DNA from: Octopus bimaculoides
Taxonomy: Eukaryota
Direction: 5' to 3'
DNA length: 50,689 bases
Assembly (NCBI RefSeq): GCF_001194135.2
Contig: NC_068983.1
Span: 160,388,087-160,438,775, forward strand
Part shown: positions 36,041-48,330 of the stretch, in pieces
Numbering within the stretch: position 1 is the stretch's first letter
Layout: every line of letters begins with the position of its first letter
Program-made: the position numbers and the translations under genes
Notes under the pieces: generated by a model
Told to the model about the DNA's origin: nothing
What the model saw: the letters and a program-made list of their open reading frames with translations, nothing else
The model's database searches: none

Positions 36041-36830
36041 GGTGTTTTGCTACAGAGAAGATGCATGCCTACCGGGTATATTATAATGGTGAGAGTAACT
36101 GGGAAGAAGATAAAGAAGATGGTGACAAGGCACCAGAGCAAACCCACAAGGTAGATGAAGGTGAATAGAAGAGAGGATACAAATAGTGGATAATGGTTGG
36201 TGGGGAGGTTTGTGATTTCATAAGAATGTGACCAGATGGTTAGAGGTGGGGTGGGAGTAGAGGTGAATGTAGTGAGTGATGAACAAGGGTGGAGGTGCAT
36301 TTGATGGGTAATACTAGTATGGAGAGGGAGAAAAGTGAGAGAGATAGAAGTGTCTTAGGAAGGAGGAGAGATCAGAAAGTTTGGGGATGATATGCAAAGT
36401 ATAAGAGTGGTAGGGAGGGAGATGTAGAAGTACATAAGAGATGCTGTAATGAGTGAGGTATGATGGCAGGTGTGAAACAGTATAGAGCATGACAGTAGAT
36501 ATAAGAGGTGTTATAGATGAAGTATGGCAAAGGTGAAGGAGAGATAGATGTGGACACAGGAGATGATTGGTAAAAATAGTGTGGGAAGGGATGATAATGA
36601 GAATGAGGGCTGGATGTTAAAAGGAAGTGGTTTCAGGTGGTGGTGGTGGGAGTTAACTAGTTGTAAAACGAGTGGGGGCTTGAAATATGAGCTAATTCTG
36701 CTCTCAAGTGATTACAGCAGGCTAGCAGCACCACAAATAGAAGATTGATGGAGGGATGGGTGTTAATGGGATGAGATGTGGAGAATGCTTAATGGGGTAG
36801 AATGGATGCCGGTACAGGGGAAGCCTACAT
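36040..36830 (+). repeat. Purine-rich dispersed repeat (unclassified, possibly a LINE 5' region in antisense)
   Basis: Strong G/A skew; similarity to the reverse complement of 32740-33015. Confidence 0.45.
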
Positions 36831-37269
36831 GTACATATGCTTGATAATGCTTAAATATTACTGGGAAGCAAATTTTATTTTGTTGATCATATAGTTAGAT
36901 GATATTATATAGATGATAGATGATTAAAATGTGGCTTTCTAACCTGGTTCTCTTCAATCAGAATTCCAATTGAGTTCATTTATCTTTGAACAATAAGGAA
37001 CTGGTTTTTCTTTCTCCTTAAAACAAAATAAGATTTATTCTGCTTTGTTTGCAAAGTAAAGAATATAACACTACTTGTCTAGTCTCAGTTTCCTTGGTTG
37101 AGAGAAATATATCTGTCTTACCTATGTTACAATAAGACTAGTATTAAAAAAAAAAAGAAAATTAGTTATAAAATGTCCAAATTAGCTAAGAACTTAATTG
37201 ATCCAATTAAATTGCACACAAACTGTTTATACCTGAACTTGTCTTCCTATATATGGAAAATAAACATTG

Positions 37270-38004
37270 AATGATAAATTGTTGTTGTTTCTGGTGGTGG
37301 TGGTGGTGGTGGTGGTGGCCGTGGCGGCAGTGAAGATGATGCTGTTACTACTGATGATTGCAGTGGCAGCGGTGGCAGCGGTGGCGACTGTGGTGGTAGT
37401 GGTGGTGGAGGGGGGGGGTCGCAGCAGTGGGATGGTGGCAGTATTGAGGATGACAATGATGAGGCTGATGCCAATGATGACAAAAATGACTATAATGGTA
37501 ATGATAAAAATGGTGATGGCTATGATGATGTTAATTATGATAAAGCTAGGAATCAGGCAAAGTCATTATTCTTTGCTGTCTATATTTGAAGAACACGGCT
37601 GAAGATGGCATGTGGGTGGAGGAGATGGAGTATATTTCAGTTCATAACCAGAATCTCTCTAACCTTTGTCTAAAGTAGCAGACCATTCATTCAGGTAGCT
37701 GAAGAACTTTCTTATCAGGTAAATGCAGGCGTCTGGAACCTCTGCATTAATCAGCACTGTCTACAGCAAGGTAGATGACGACGACAACGATGATGATGAT
37801 GATGATGACGATGTTGATGATGATGATGATGATGATGGTGATGGTGATGACGTGCCACTGCTGCTGCTGCTGCCACTGACAATAATAACAAAGATGAAGG
37901 TTGTGATGATGGTGAGACTAATCACATCAATGATGGCAGGAGTGGTGGCCGTAATGATAGTAGCGATGCTGCTGCTAATGATGATGATGAATGATGATGA
38001 ATGA

Positions 38005-38038
<34 letters not shown>

Positions 38039-38230
38039 GGTCATCATTATCATCGATGTCATCATCATTCATCATCATCGATATTCATCATCATCATCAT
38101 CATAATCATCATCATCATCATCATCATCATCGTCATCATCATCATCATCATCACGAGCAAGATAGTGCTGCTGCTGGTGGTGGTAGTGATTGCGGGCTTA
38201 GTAGTATCGGTGATGATGATAATGGTGAGA
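37270..38230. repeat. Compound trinucleotide repeat cluster (GGT, GGC, GAT, GCT, CAT)
   Basis: Directly visible. Source of the poly-V/M/D/H/S ORFs. Confidence 0.95.
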
Positions 38231-38744
38231 ATTTAATTAATATTGATACGAATTTGAAGACATCTTGGATTCAATAATTGTACTCACAATGCATTGAGAT
38301 CATTGCCAATGATTGCAACTAACAATGGACTGCACTTTTATCCTTAGTTAAAAACTGATATCAAGATAAGAGCCATACTTCAAAATATTATTTCCATTTA
38401 TCAGTTTCATAACTATACATCCTCTCTTATTTGACCTCATTCTTTTCCTATTAAATTTTGTGCTAATCAATATTGTTTTATTGTAAGCCAGTGGGCTGCA
38501 AAAGCTGTGTGCTGTTTTACATGTTACATTGATATAAATTCACAAATCAGAAATAGATAAAAATATACTTGATTGAATTGTCCTGATTATATGACTGGCA
38601 GTTACTTTATGTAGGTGTATGCATAGCTGCTTGGTTATAAAAGTGTGCTGAATTAAAGACTTTATATTTACAGAATTAAGCCTCATTTATTTACAGTCTG
38701 ATTCCAAATCGTACTGGGATTATAATTATAATAATAATCGTGAT

Positions 38745-39185
38745 CAGCTGTACATGAAGAGAAGACATGCAGGAAGAGGACTGATAAGTATGGAAGACTG
38801 CATGTGTATTGAACTCAAGAGCTTAATGATATACCTAGCCCAAAGTAAGGAAACCTTGCTAGAGACAGTTAGGAATGAGGAAGTATTGAAAACAGAGAAA
38901 AAAAAAGAAAAACAAAGGACATGAAGAAGGATTACACAATCAATTCCATATAATCACAATAGAAGTTGCTGGAAAAATAGGCGAGGTTCGGTGAAGAAAG
39001 GAACACTAAAAACAGAGACTGAGAGCATTATACTGGCAGCACAAGACCAAGTTTTGGCTATGAACTGGAGGGTCAGCCTTAGGAATGAGCAAATGTCTCT
39101 GCAGTGCTACATCTGCAATAGAGTGGATGAAACCATTGCCCATATCGTGAACAAATGTCCTAGACTTGCACCAAAGCAATTACTG
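38745..39185 (+). mobile_element. R4/Dong-type non-LTR element fragment 1 (post-RT region to CCHC knuckle)
   Basis: YMKRRHAGRGLISMEDC (cf. LYLPRKEGGRGL), GLHNQF, LKTETESIILAAQDQ, CYICNRVDETIAHIVNKC. Confidence 0.85.
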
Positions 39186-39196
39186 ATAAATAGCAA

Positions 39197-39945
39197 GAAA
39201 AACCTGTCAATGGCAAATACCCAAAGAGAGATAACAGTGCTGATGCTGACAAAGTACTTACCCATCAATGGTCAGTGTCTTCTCGCTTAAAATCAGAAGC
39301 AGTAGGGTTTATCATAGCAACCCTAGACCAATGCCTATCTACAAGGCTCTGTCAGGCCAACATATTAAAGATTGGCAGTAACCCAACATGCCGTGTATGT
39401 AAACAACAAAATGAAACCATTGATCATGTTTCCATGTGCAGACTTCTTGCATCTACAGAGTATCTCAACAGACATGACAGAGCTGCATAATATATTCACT
39501 GGGTAATTTGCAAAAACCTGGACCTACCCCATGATAAAAACTGGCAGGAACACAAACCACCTCCATTGCTTGAAAATGATCACATCTCACTCTTCTGGAA
39601 CTTCACCATTCAAACTGACAGAAAAATAAATGCAAATAGGCCAGACATTATATTGAAAGACTTCAGACAAAAATCATGCTTCCTCATTGATATGACTGTC
39701 CCAATTGATATAAATGTATCTGTCGAGACCTACCAAAAATTGAGCAAGTATAATGATCTTGAAATAGAAATTGGCAAAATGTGGAACCTCAAGACTAAAA
39801 CAATACCTGTTGTCATAGGTGCCCTAGGAATAATTGCAAAAGGGGCTGATTCCTACCTAGCTCAGGAAACCCCAAAATGGCAGAAATTCAAAAGATAGTG
39901 CTCATGGGAACTGCCAATATCCTACATAAAATACTGTCTGCGTAA
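39197..39945 (+). mobile_element. R4/Dong-type non-LTR element fragment 2 (CCHC + PD-(D/E)xK endonuclease to C-terminus)
   Basis: LKSEAVGFIIATLDQ, CRVCKQQNETIDH..C, YLNRHD, LFWNFTIQTDRKINANRPDII, LIDMTVP, KLSKY.DL, IPVVIGALG. Confidence 0.9.
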
Positions 39946-40007
39946 TCTCATATTTCAAAACAAACTCATAATTTTCTTATGTTTTCTTAAACATTCTCTA
40001 GAACAAT

Positions 40008-40289
40008 ATCATCATCATCATCATCGTTTAACGTCTGCTTTCCATGCTAGCATGAGTTGGACGATTTGACTGAGGTCTGGCGAACCAGATGGCTACACCA
40101 GGCTCCAATCTGATTTGGCAGAGTTTCTACAGCTGGATGCCCTTCCTAACGCCAGCCACTCTGAGAGTGTAGTGGGTGCTTTTACGTGCCACTGGCACAA
40201 AGGCCAGTCAGGCAGTACTGGCAACAGCCACGCTCAAAATGGTGTATTTTACGTGCCACCTGCACAGGAGCCAGTCCAGCTGCACTGGC
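40008..40289 (-). mobile_element. RTE-type 3' end with (GAT)n tail
   Basis: Plus strand (tca)n tcgtttaacgtctgctttccatgctagc...ggatgcccttcctaacgcc. Confidence 0.75.
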
Positions 40290-40785
40290 NNNNNNNNNNN
40301 NNNNNNNNNNNNNNNNNNNNNNNNNNNNNNNNNNNNNNNNNNNNNNNNNNNNNNNNNNNNNNNNNNNNNNNNNNNNNNNNNNNNNNNNNNNNNNNNNNNN
40401 NNNNNNNNNNNNNNNNNNNNNNNNNNNNNNNNNNNNNNNNNNNNNNNNNNNNNNNNNNNNNNNNNNNNNNNNNNNNNNNNNNNNNNNNNNNNNNNNNNNN
40501 NNNNNNNNNNNNNNNNNNNNNNNNNNNNNNNNNNNNNNNNNNNNNNNNNNNNNNNNNNNNNNNNNNNNNNNNNNNNNNNNNNNNNNNNNNNNNNNNNNNN
40601 NNNNNNNNNNNNNNNNNNNNNNNNNNNNNNNNNNNNNNNNNNNNNNNNNNNNNNNNNNNNNNNNNNNNNNNNNNNNNNNNNNNNNNNNNNNNNNNNNNNN
40701 NNNNNNNNNNNNNNNNNNNNNNNNNNCTATTATTATTATTGTTGTTGTTGTTGTTGTTGTTGTTGTTATTGTTATTATTAATATT

Positions 40786-40831
<46 letters not shown>

Positions 40832-40836
<5 letters not shown>

Positions 40837-41189
40837 CTTGTTTCATTTGACTGCAGCCATGCTGGAGCACTGCCTTTAGTAGAGCAAATCGACCCCAGGA
40901 CTTATTCTTTGTAAGCCTAGTACTTATTCTATTGGTCTGTTTTGCAGAACCGCTAAGTTACGGGGAGGTAAACACACCAGCACCGGTTGTCAAGCGATGC
41001 TGGGGGGGGGGACAAACACAGACACACAAACACACACACATATACATATACATATATAGAATGGGCTTCTTTCAGTTTCTGTCTACCAAATCCACTCACG
41101 AGGTTTTGGTCGGCCCGAGGCTATAGTGGGACTGAACCCAGAACCATGTGGTTGGCAAGCAAACTACTTATCACACAGCCATTCCTGCG
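40832..41189 (-). mobile_element. tRNA-derived SINE family A, near full length
   Basis: Colinear with 6668-7056; retains more CpGs, so probably younger. Confidence 0.9.
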
Positions 41190-41190
41190 C

Positions 41191-41239
<49 letters not shown>

Positions 41240-41240
<1 letters not shown>

Positions 41241-41500
41241 TGCAAGAATTTGGAATATGAAAACTGTAAAGGCTGTGCCTGTAATTATTGGTGCATTGGG
41301 AATTGTAAGTAAAGATTAGAGAAATGTTTTGTCTTGTAGAACCTCTGCAGAAAGCTTGCCTCTTAGAGACAGGAAAAATTATCAGTAGGGTTTTAAGCAC
41401 TTGAAAGACTATTGAAAATTTGTGGATACCTATGGCTATGTGTAGTAATTTGCTACCCACATAAATTCTACAAGGCGTAAGAATGAACCTGAGTCACATC
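41240..41500 (+). mobile_element. R4/Dong-type 5'-truncated 3' end (fragment 3)
   Basis: ARIWNMKTVKAVPVIIGALGIV...LQKACLLETGKIISRVL*, immediately after (TAA)n at 41190-41239. Confidence 0.8.
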
Positions 41501-41699
41501 CCCAGTAGTAGCAGTAGTAGTAGTAGTAGTAGTAATTTTTATTATAATTATTATATCTATCATTATTTTTCTTATTTCATTCATTGGGGAGTGATAAAAC
41601 ATGTACATAATCATTGTCAGTTTTCACTTTCAATTTTCCATGCTCGCAAAGGTCGGACGGAATTTATTGAGGCAGTTTTCCTATGACCTTATGCTCTAC

Positions 41700-42030
41700 T
41701 TGTCACCAACCTTCACTCGTTTTTAACCAAGGTAATATTTCTTTACAACCAGACATATTTTTGTGGAAGATTGGAAACAAGTGATACAGTTTGTATGAGA
41801 CAGTATCACTTGTTTTACAACTGTCATATGATATCAAGATGAGGAAACACATGCACACACACACAGACACACACACAATATACATGACATACTTCTTCCA
41901 GCTTCTATCTAACAAATCTACTTGCAATGTTTTGGCTGGCCTGAGGCTAAAGAAGATGCTTGCGCAAGGTGTCTCGTAATGGGACTGAACCTGAAACAAT
42001 GTGGTTGAGAAGTAAACATCTCAACCATAC
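41700..42030 (-). mobile_element. Composite decayed SINE (family A head + RTE-tailed body)
   Basis: gggactgaacctgaaacaatgtggttg head. 41700-41825 matches the reverse complement of 8640-8750 and 1590-1720. Confidence 0.55.
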
Positions 42031-43160
42031 CAATCATACAATTAGGATAATTTAATCAACTATATTTACCCTTTTCTGATTTGTGACTTTGTAGTAATGT
42101 AACACACAAAATAACATAAAGTCACTGGAACAAATAAATCCATGAGTATGAGAATTTTTAAATTGCAATGCAACGCTTTTAACTTTTAATTACTGCAAAG
42201 ATTAAATTCAGCTTTCAGCTTATCAGATTTGGTAAAATAAGTAGCAGTGATATACTAAGAAGGCCATGTTAATCCACTTACAAAACTATGCCTAGAGGAA
42301 AATATCCAGATATGTCTGCTGCATAAAAACTTAATAGTAAAGTGCATACTTGATGTGATAAACCAAGAAGTTTTAACTAATAAAATTTTTCTGCTCAAGC
42401 AAAAATTACTCTGAATGAAATTACTGTTGCTTTATTTTCACTGGATAGCTTTATATTTCAAAGTAAAAATGGGAAATTTTGCTGTCATCATCTTCTTAAG
42501 GGAACTTTTTAAATATATTTACTCAAAAAAGAAGATAGAGGCCATGTTCTTTTACAAGGCCTCCAAGATTGATGGCAGACAGGTAGAAGGATATCCTGAA
42601 ACAGGAGAATTAGTCTAAATGTTTGTAACAGAATGGACGCTTCTAAAGACACTGAAGGTGCTAGGAAGTGGTATTAAACCAGATAACGGATAAGTCCAAG
42701 TTGGCCATGGCAGAATTTGGACTAAGAACAGTAAGAGACAGAGCAAAAATGGTAAGGCATTCATCCATCCATCCATTAATACATACATACATACATACAT
42801 ACATACATACATACATACATACTAGTGGCACAGTGAAGATTTATAAGACATTCCAAAAATTCTTCATCTCAGATTCTTATGTGAATAGATGCACACACTT
42901 GGGTGTATGCATCAACAGTTCAACCAACACACAAACTCAACTACATAGAAACAAACACCAGGAATTCTCTTAACTCAAAAACTCTTGTTGTTTTGTTAGC
43001 AACCAGCTTGAATTCTCTGAAGAACTTAAATAAAACTTAAAGGAAAATCATTCATACTGTAAGGATGTGTATATGTATCCATGCATGTATGCATATGTGT
43101 AGGCTGTTGACAAGTAGGTTAATAGATTGGTTGGTTAGTCACTTGCTTGCTTGATAGATT

Positions 43161-43352
43161 GGTAGGTAGGTAGGTAGGTAGGTAGGTAGGTAGGTAGGCA
43201 GGTAGGTAGGTAGGTAGGTAGGTAAGCAGGTAGGTAGGTAAGTAGGTAGGTAGGTAGGTAGGAAGGTAGGTAGGTAGGTAGGTAGGTAGGTAGGTAGGTA
43301 GGAAGGTAGGTAGGTAGGTAGGTAGGTAGGTAGGTAGGTAGGTAGGTAGGTA
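43161..43352. repeat. (TAGG)n tetranucleotide array (~48 units)
   Basis: Directly visible. Source of the LPTY ORFs. Confidence 0.97.
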
Positions 43353-44899
43353 AGTAAGTATACCTGTACAAAAGAGTGATGGACAAAACTGAAGAACCAG
43401 TGCCCTTTGAGCAAAGCACTTTGTTATATTTGTTCTGCACCAAATTACAAACACTCAATTGTCACTCTCACCATCAGAAAAAAATGTGAGCCAGTCTTTG
43501 GCTCACTGAAACTCTGTAACCAGCAACACTATTGTTCACCAATTGTTATATTAAGTAAAAAATAAATTTATCGTAGATTTATAGTAGAAATAAAATGACA
43601 TGATGGGGCATATACTGCTGCTTGAAAGACATCACCAATAGAAGTAAAGTAAAAGTGATTACAATCATATATCAAAACCAGTCCATGGATTAAGTTCACT
43701 GGGAGTTTACTTTCTCTATTTAATGGTACTAATCTTGTAAATAAATCAATATTGTTTTATTTCATATGTGTGCATGTATGTGCACATATGATGTGTGTGC
43801 ATAAGTATGTCCGTGTATATGAATGTGTGTATGTGTATATTTGCAAAATTCTTTATAAGTTCATTTTATTCTGTAGCTAAAATATTTCGAATGAATTTAT
43901 AGTTTATAGCTTGAATATGAAAATAATCTTTAATTTCCCAATTAAAAACTATACATAAAACTCTACTAATAATTTATCATTTATGACAGCTGCCATAAAT
44001 TTCAGATATTGGGGATATGAGAAAAAAAAATTGCTTCACTTCCATCAATATGTGATTTCAGATTTTAACTATTGAGGTTATCTACATATATCTGATTCTA
44101 CGGCTGACTGATTTAGTAGTAACGTCATTGATAACCAGATATGTGACAAAGCTGTGTGTTTTTAGTTTTTTTTCTTTTTTTCTTTGGGCAGAAAGATCAC
44201 AGTTAATTTGATTTGCTGCCCTTTCCATGATGTAATTGTTTATGAATTATAATGAAAGTGTATTGAAAGAACGAACAGTAGTGAACAGAAGTTGCTCCAA
44301 TCGTTTTTCAATTACCACAGTACATTTCTCAGATTAGTGGTAATGCAATTGTTTCACTCATTATAGGAGTTTAGCTTAGTACTTGCAAGTTAATTAAATG
44401 ATAATTAATTACACAGTACTTTTCCCTATTTACTGATATGAATTGAACTCCTACATGTACCTATAAACAAGTGAACTTGGCTAATGAAATATGACCGCCT
44501 TTACAAATGACTTATTAGAGCAATGAGGATGGATATAAACTGTTATATTGCCTGTTATTCATCTAGTAGTTTAATAATATAATCACAAGTAGCTTTGATG
44601 ATGACCAATAGGGAAAACTGTTATGTGGTCACAATATCTGCTCAAAGTAGCAGAAAAATTGTTCTCAAACCATGCAGTGTCATCTTTCAAAGGAGTAGGG
44701 CACATTCAACAATATAGTCCTGAATACATTCTCTGAAAATAAAATGATATGGTCATGGTTGGAATGTTTTGATCATCGGTCTTGTTGATCAGAGCTGACT
44801 CAGGGTTAGACAACAACAAATCAATGATTCCAGGTGAGTGTTTCACCTCTCAATATATTTACCTGACTAAGGCATCAGTTGTGGCGTGCNNNNNNNNNN

Positions 44900-45045
44900 T
44901 ATCAGCACTTTGTCCGTCTTCATGTTCTGAGTTCAAATTCTGCTGAGGGTCAATAAAATAAGTACCACTTGAGCACTGAGGCCAATGTAATCAACTTACA
45001 CCCTCCCTCAAAATTGTCGCCTTTGTGCCAAAATAAGAAACTAAT
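44900..45045 (+). mobile_element. SINE family B, partial
   Basis: tttgtccgtcttcatgttctgagttcaaattctgctgagg...aaaataagtacc...gatgtaatcaactta...ctttgtgccaaaat. Confidence 0.75.
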
Positions 45046-45349
45046 ATATTTACCTGACAATACATTTACATAAGCTGAAAATACTGCTTAATTAGTATCC
45101 AAACTTGATGTCCAGCTGATCGCATAGCCTCCTTCCCAACCTCAAAACAATGGCCTTCACCTTTTTTAATGCTAATAATTCCTCTGTTTAAACTAATTTT
45201 CCCACAGACACCAAGGCTTTTGAAAGATCTCTGTATTCAACAAGCCAATATTATTAACTAACAACAAACTTGTTTTCCTAGCTTCCCTATCAGTTGAAAG
45301 ATATATTTAACTGAATAATTATACCAAAAAAGGATCAATGGTTCTTCCT

Positions 45350-45900
45350 GGGCCATAAACTCATAAGCTGGTTTCCTGGATCCTGTGACATATACATTCC
45401 CCCACTGGATGGGAATTGCTCATTATTGCTAAGTATGTGAACTAGAACAATGTGAGATAAAGTGTTTTGCTCAAAAACTCAATGCATCAAGTTAAGGAAT
45501 TGAAACTACAATCTTACAGTCATGAATGCAACACCCTAACCATTAATCCATGTGCCTCCAAGAATAATTATGTACAACTGGGTAATTATGTATCTCACAA
45601 CAGCTTCAGTTTTTATAAAATTTACACAGCTCACAACTCCCCAGAGGTCTTAGACTAGTATGTAAGTAATCTTCTCAAGTCATACTGACTCACAAGGTCC
45701 AGTTTCCTGGTTTCATGGCATATATATCCACCACCTGAATGCTGGTCTATTGCAGGTTTACTCATTTTTCCCAGCTGAGAGGACTGGACCAATGTAAAAT
45801 GAAGTATTTTGCTAAAGAATACGTGTCACCCACTCCAGGAATTGAAACCACAACCCTATGATCAAGAGTTCAATACCCTAAGCCATGTACTTCCACAGGT
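45350..45900 (-). mobile_element. Two consecutive decayed family D SINE copies (45350-45560 and 45680-45900)
   Basis: Both show ...aaagtgttttgctcaaaaac / aagtattttgctaaagaatac... and a taaccattaatccatgtgcctcc / taagccatgtacttcc head. Confidence 0.6.
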
Positions 45901-46399
45901 TCATAGACTCTAGTTTAGAGACCACTGCTCTATAACAAAAGGTACATGTGCACAAAATATCAATATAAAATTAACTAACAGTGTCCTGTGGTGCACATGT
46001 TCTATAGCAAAAGGTACTTACATACAAAAAATATCACTATCTCAGTAACCATTGTACTGTGATGCACATTTCTGCAGTGCAAACTAACTGTAATATCATG
46101 CTCTGACTAATTACACGTTGATCAGTTATCAGTAACCCACAGGAATCAATAGACATACAGAAACAGATTACATTACACATAACCAGATATTATTCCTGCA
46201 CATCTTACTATAGACGAGCTAATATTGTAGTGAATTGTAAGATCCTCAACAAGACAGAATCACACTATGAAATGGGCTCAAAACAATATCTGCTTGTTTT
46301 GTTGATGACTAACATGACACAGGTCTTACATGAACAAGACTACACGACAATGACAGCAATACATAAAACAGTCATTTGGGGGACTTTGTTTTGTCTTGC

Positions 46400-46620
46400 A
46401 AGTTATTTGGTGACCCTGCTGGTACCATGAAAAAATCTCACCCTGAACACCCTGTAAAGTGGTTGGCATTAAGAAGTGCATCTATTTGTAGAAACCATGA
46501 TAAAACAGACTATAGAACTCTGCATAGCCCTCTAGCTTTCCAGCTTTTGTCATACCATCCAACCCAAGCCAGCATGAAGAACAGATGTTAAATGATGATT
46601 ATGAAGATGACAATGATAAT
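46400..46620 (+). mobile_element. RTE-type 3' end with (GAT)n tail
   Basis: ccctgtaaagtggttggcattaagaag...ccaacccaagccagcatgaagaacagatgttaaatgatg. Confidence 0.7.
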
Positions 46621-46743
46621 GATAACAATGACAACGACAACAACGGTGATGACAATGGGGTTCATGTAGTTTGAAAGCAAATCCCTAGTGGGATTTGAAC
46701 CCATGACTTCTAGATTAGAACTCCAGTGTGCTATACTATCCTT

Positions 46744-46784
<41 letters not shown>

Positions 46785-47374
46785 TGTATATACATGCATA
46801 CATACATGTGTATACACACACACATAAACAAATATATATGCATGCACGCACATATGTATGTACATATATGTATGTATATATATATATAAATTGCTTGGGT
46901 AGTTTACTGCAATTGATAGCTGTTTAATCTAGTAGTAGAAGAATGCCATGAAACATAGCAGCAACAGCTGAAACATGCAAAACCAAGAAGAATAAGAAAT
47001 ATTATTCTCATAAATTCCACATCAATTCCATATCTAGCTGAAATATTAGATCAATGTTGGACTAAGGAAATAGTAACAGACCAGTTAGGCTTTCTACCAG
47101 CCCTACTCAAAAATTTTGCAAATGTTCTGTCAATGTCATTGCACAGGTAGAAGTTCATTTCTCTGCTGAAAGAAGTTGTAAGGCAGTATGATATACATTT
47201 TTATAAGAAGACAACCCTGAAATTGTGAGGTGTGCTTCAGATATTACCCTTGTAATAAAACCTGAGCTTGTCCAATGGCTCAAAGAGCTCCCTTAACTCT
47301 TTAGCATTCAGTTTATTCAATTAAATGTAATGCATTTTTATTCACATGTTCAAAAATTTGCCATATGTTACCTT

Positions 47375-47537
47375 TCTGGAGCACTGCCTTTAGTCAAGCA
47401 AATCGACCCCAGGACTTATTCTTTGTAAGCCTAGTACTTATTGTATCGGTCTCTTTTTGCCGAAACACTAAGATACGGGGATGTAGACACTTCAACATCA
47501 GTTGTCAAGCGATGCTGGGGGGACAAACACAGACACA

Positions 47538-47585
<48 letters not shown>

Positions 47586-47608
47586 CACATATATAAATNN
47601 NNNNNNNN

Positions 47609-47651
<43 letters not shown>

Positions 47652-47840
47652 CACATATATAAATATATACATATATACGACTGGCTTCTTTCAGTTTCCG
47701 TCTACCAAATTCACTTACACAGCATTTTTCAGCCTGAGGCTATAGTAGAAGACACTTGCCCAAGGTGCCATGCAGTGAGACTGAACTTGGAACCATGTGG
47801 CTGGTAAGCAAGCTACTTACCACACAACCACTCCTACGCC
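47375..47840 (-). mobile_element. tRNA-derived SINE family A, full length (10-N gap in its microsatellite)
   Basis: Colinear with the other family A copies. Confidence 0.9.
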
Positions 47841-48189
47841 TTATTTTTAAAATGACATTCTAGAGTATGTGTGAGAGACCAGATCTGGCTGGTTTGAAGA
47901 TGACACTAGTAGAATATTTGGGCCAGATATGACTAGTTTAAATGTAATGAGTATCAGACAGACTAATAGCATTGCTCTGTTTTTTCAGTAGAGGTCATTA
48001 CCTTTTTCTTTTTAATGGCCATGGTCTAACCTGGGATTCCTTTGAGAGGAAATTGCTCAACTTCACTCTTCTACTTCAGGAAGCTATTATAGTAGACATC
48101 TGTTAGTCTTGAGAAACCAAGGATCTGTGCTCAAAGAAATCATTTCAGTTGCTGATAGTCATGTAGCATCTACTGTAGCTGCAGAGGCC

Positions 48190-48330
48190 CACACAGGAGT
48201 GGTAGTCATGCATGCAGTGACTGCATTTAAAGGAGCTCTTTGCCAGCATTACTGGTTTTTGCTTAGGAAAGCTATTACCTTTACTAAAAGCAAAAGGTTT
48301 CTTTCTCTGACTGAAACCAGACTATATAAG
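48190..48330 (-). mobile_element. RTE-like LINE C-terminal zinc-finger remnant
   Basis: Minus SSFKCSHCMHDYHSCVGLCSYSRC resembles the CxxCxRxCxSRIGLxSHxRxC terminus of RTE-family ORFs. The listed + ORF 48109..48339 overlaps it in antisense. Confidence 0.55.

Noticed and set aside
44192-44339. Strong acceptor and donor enclosing KITVNLICC...**...FLRLV
   Set aside because: Contains TAA TGA in the best frame; no homology, not distinguishable from chance.
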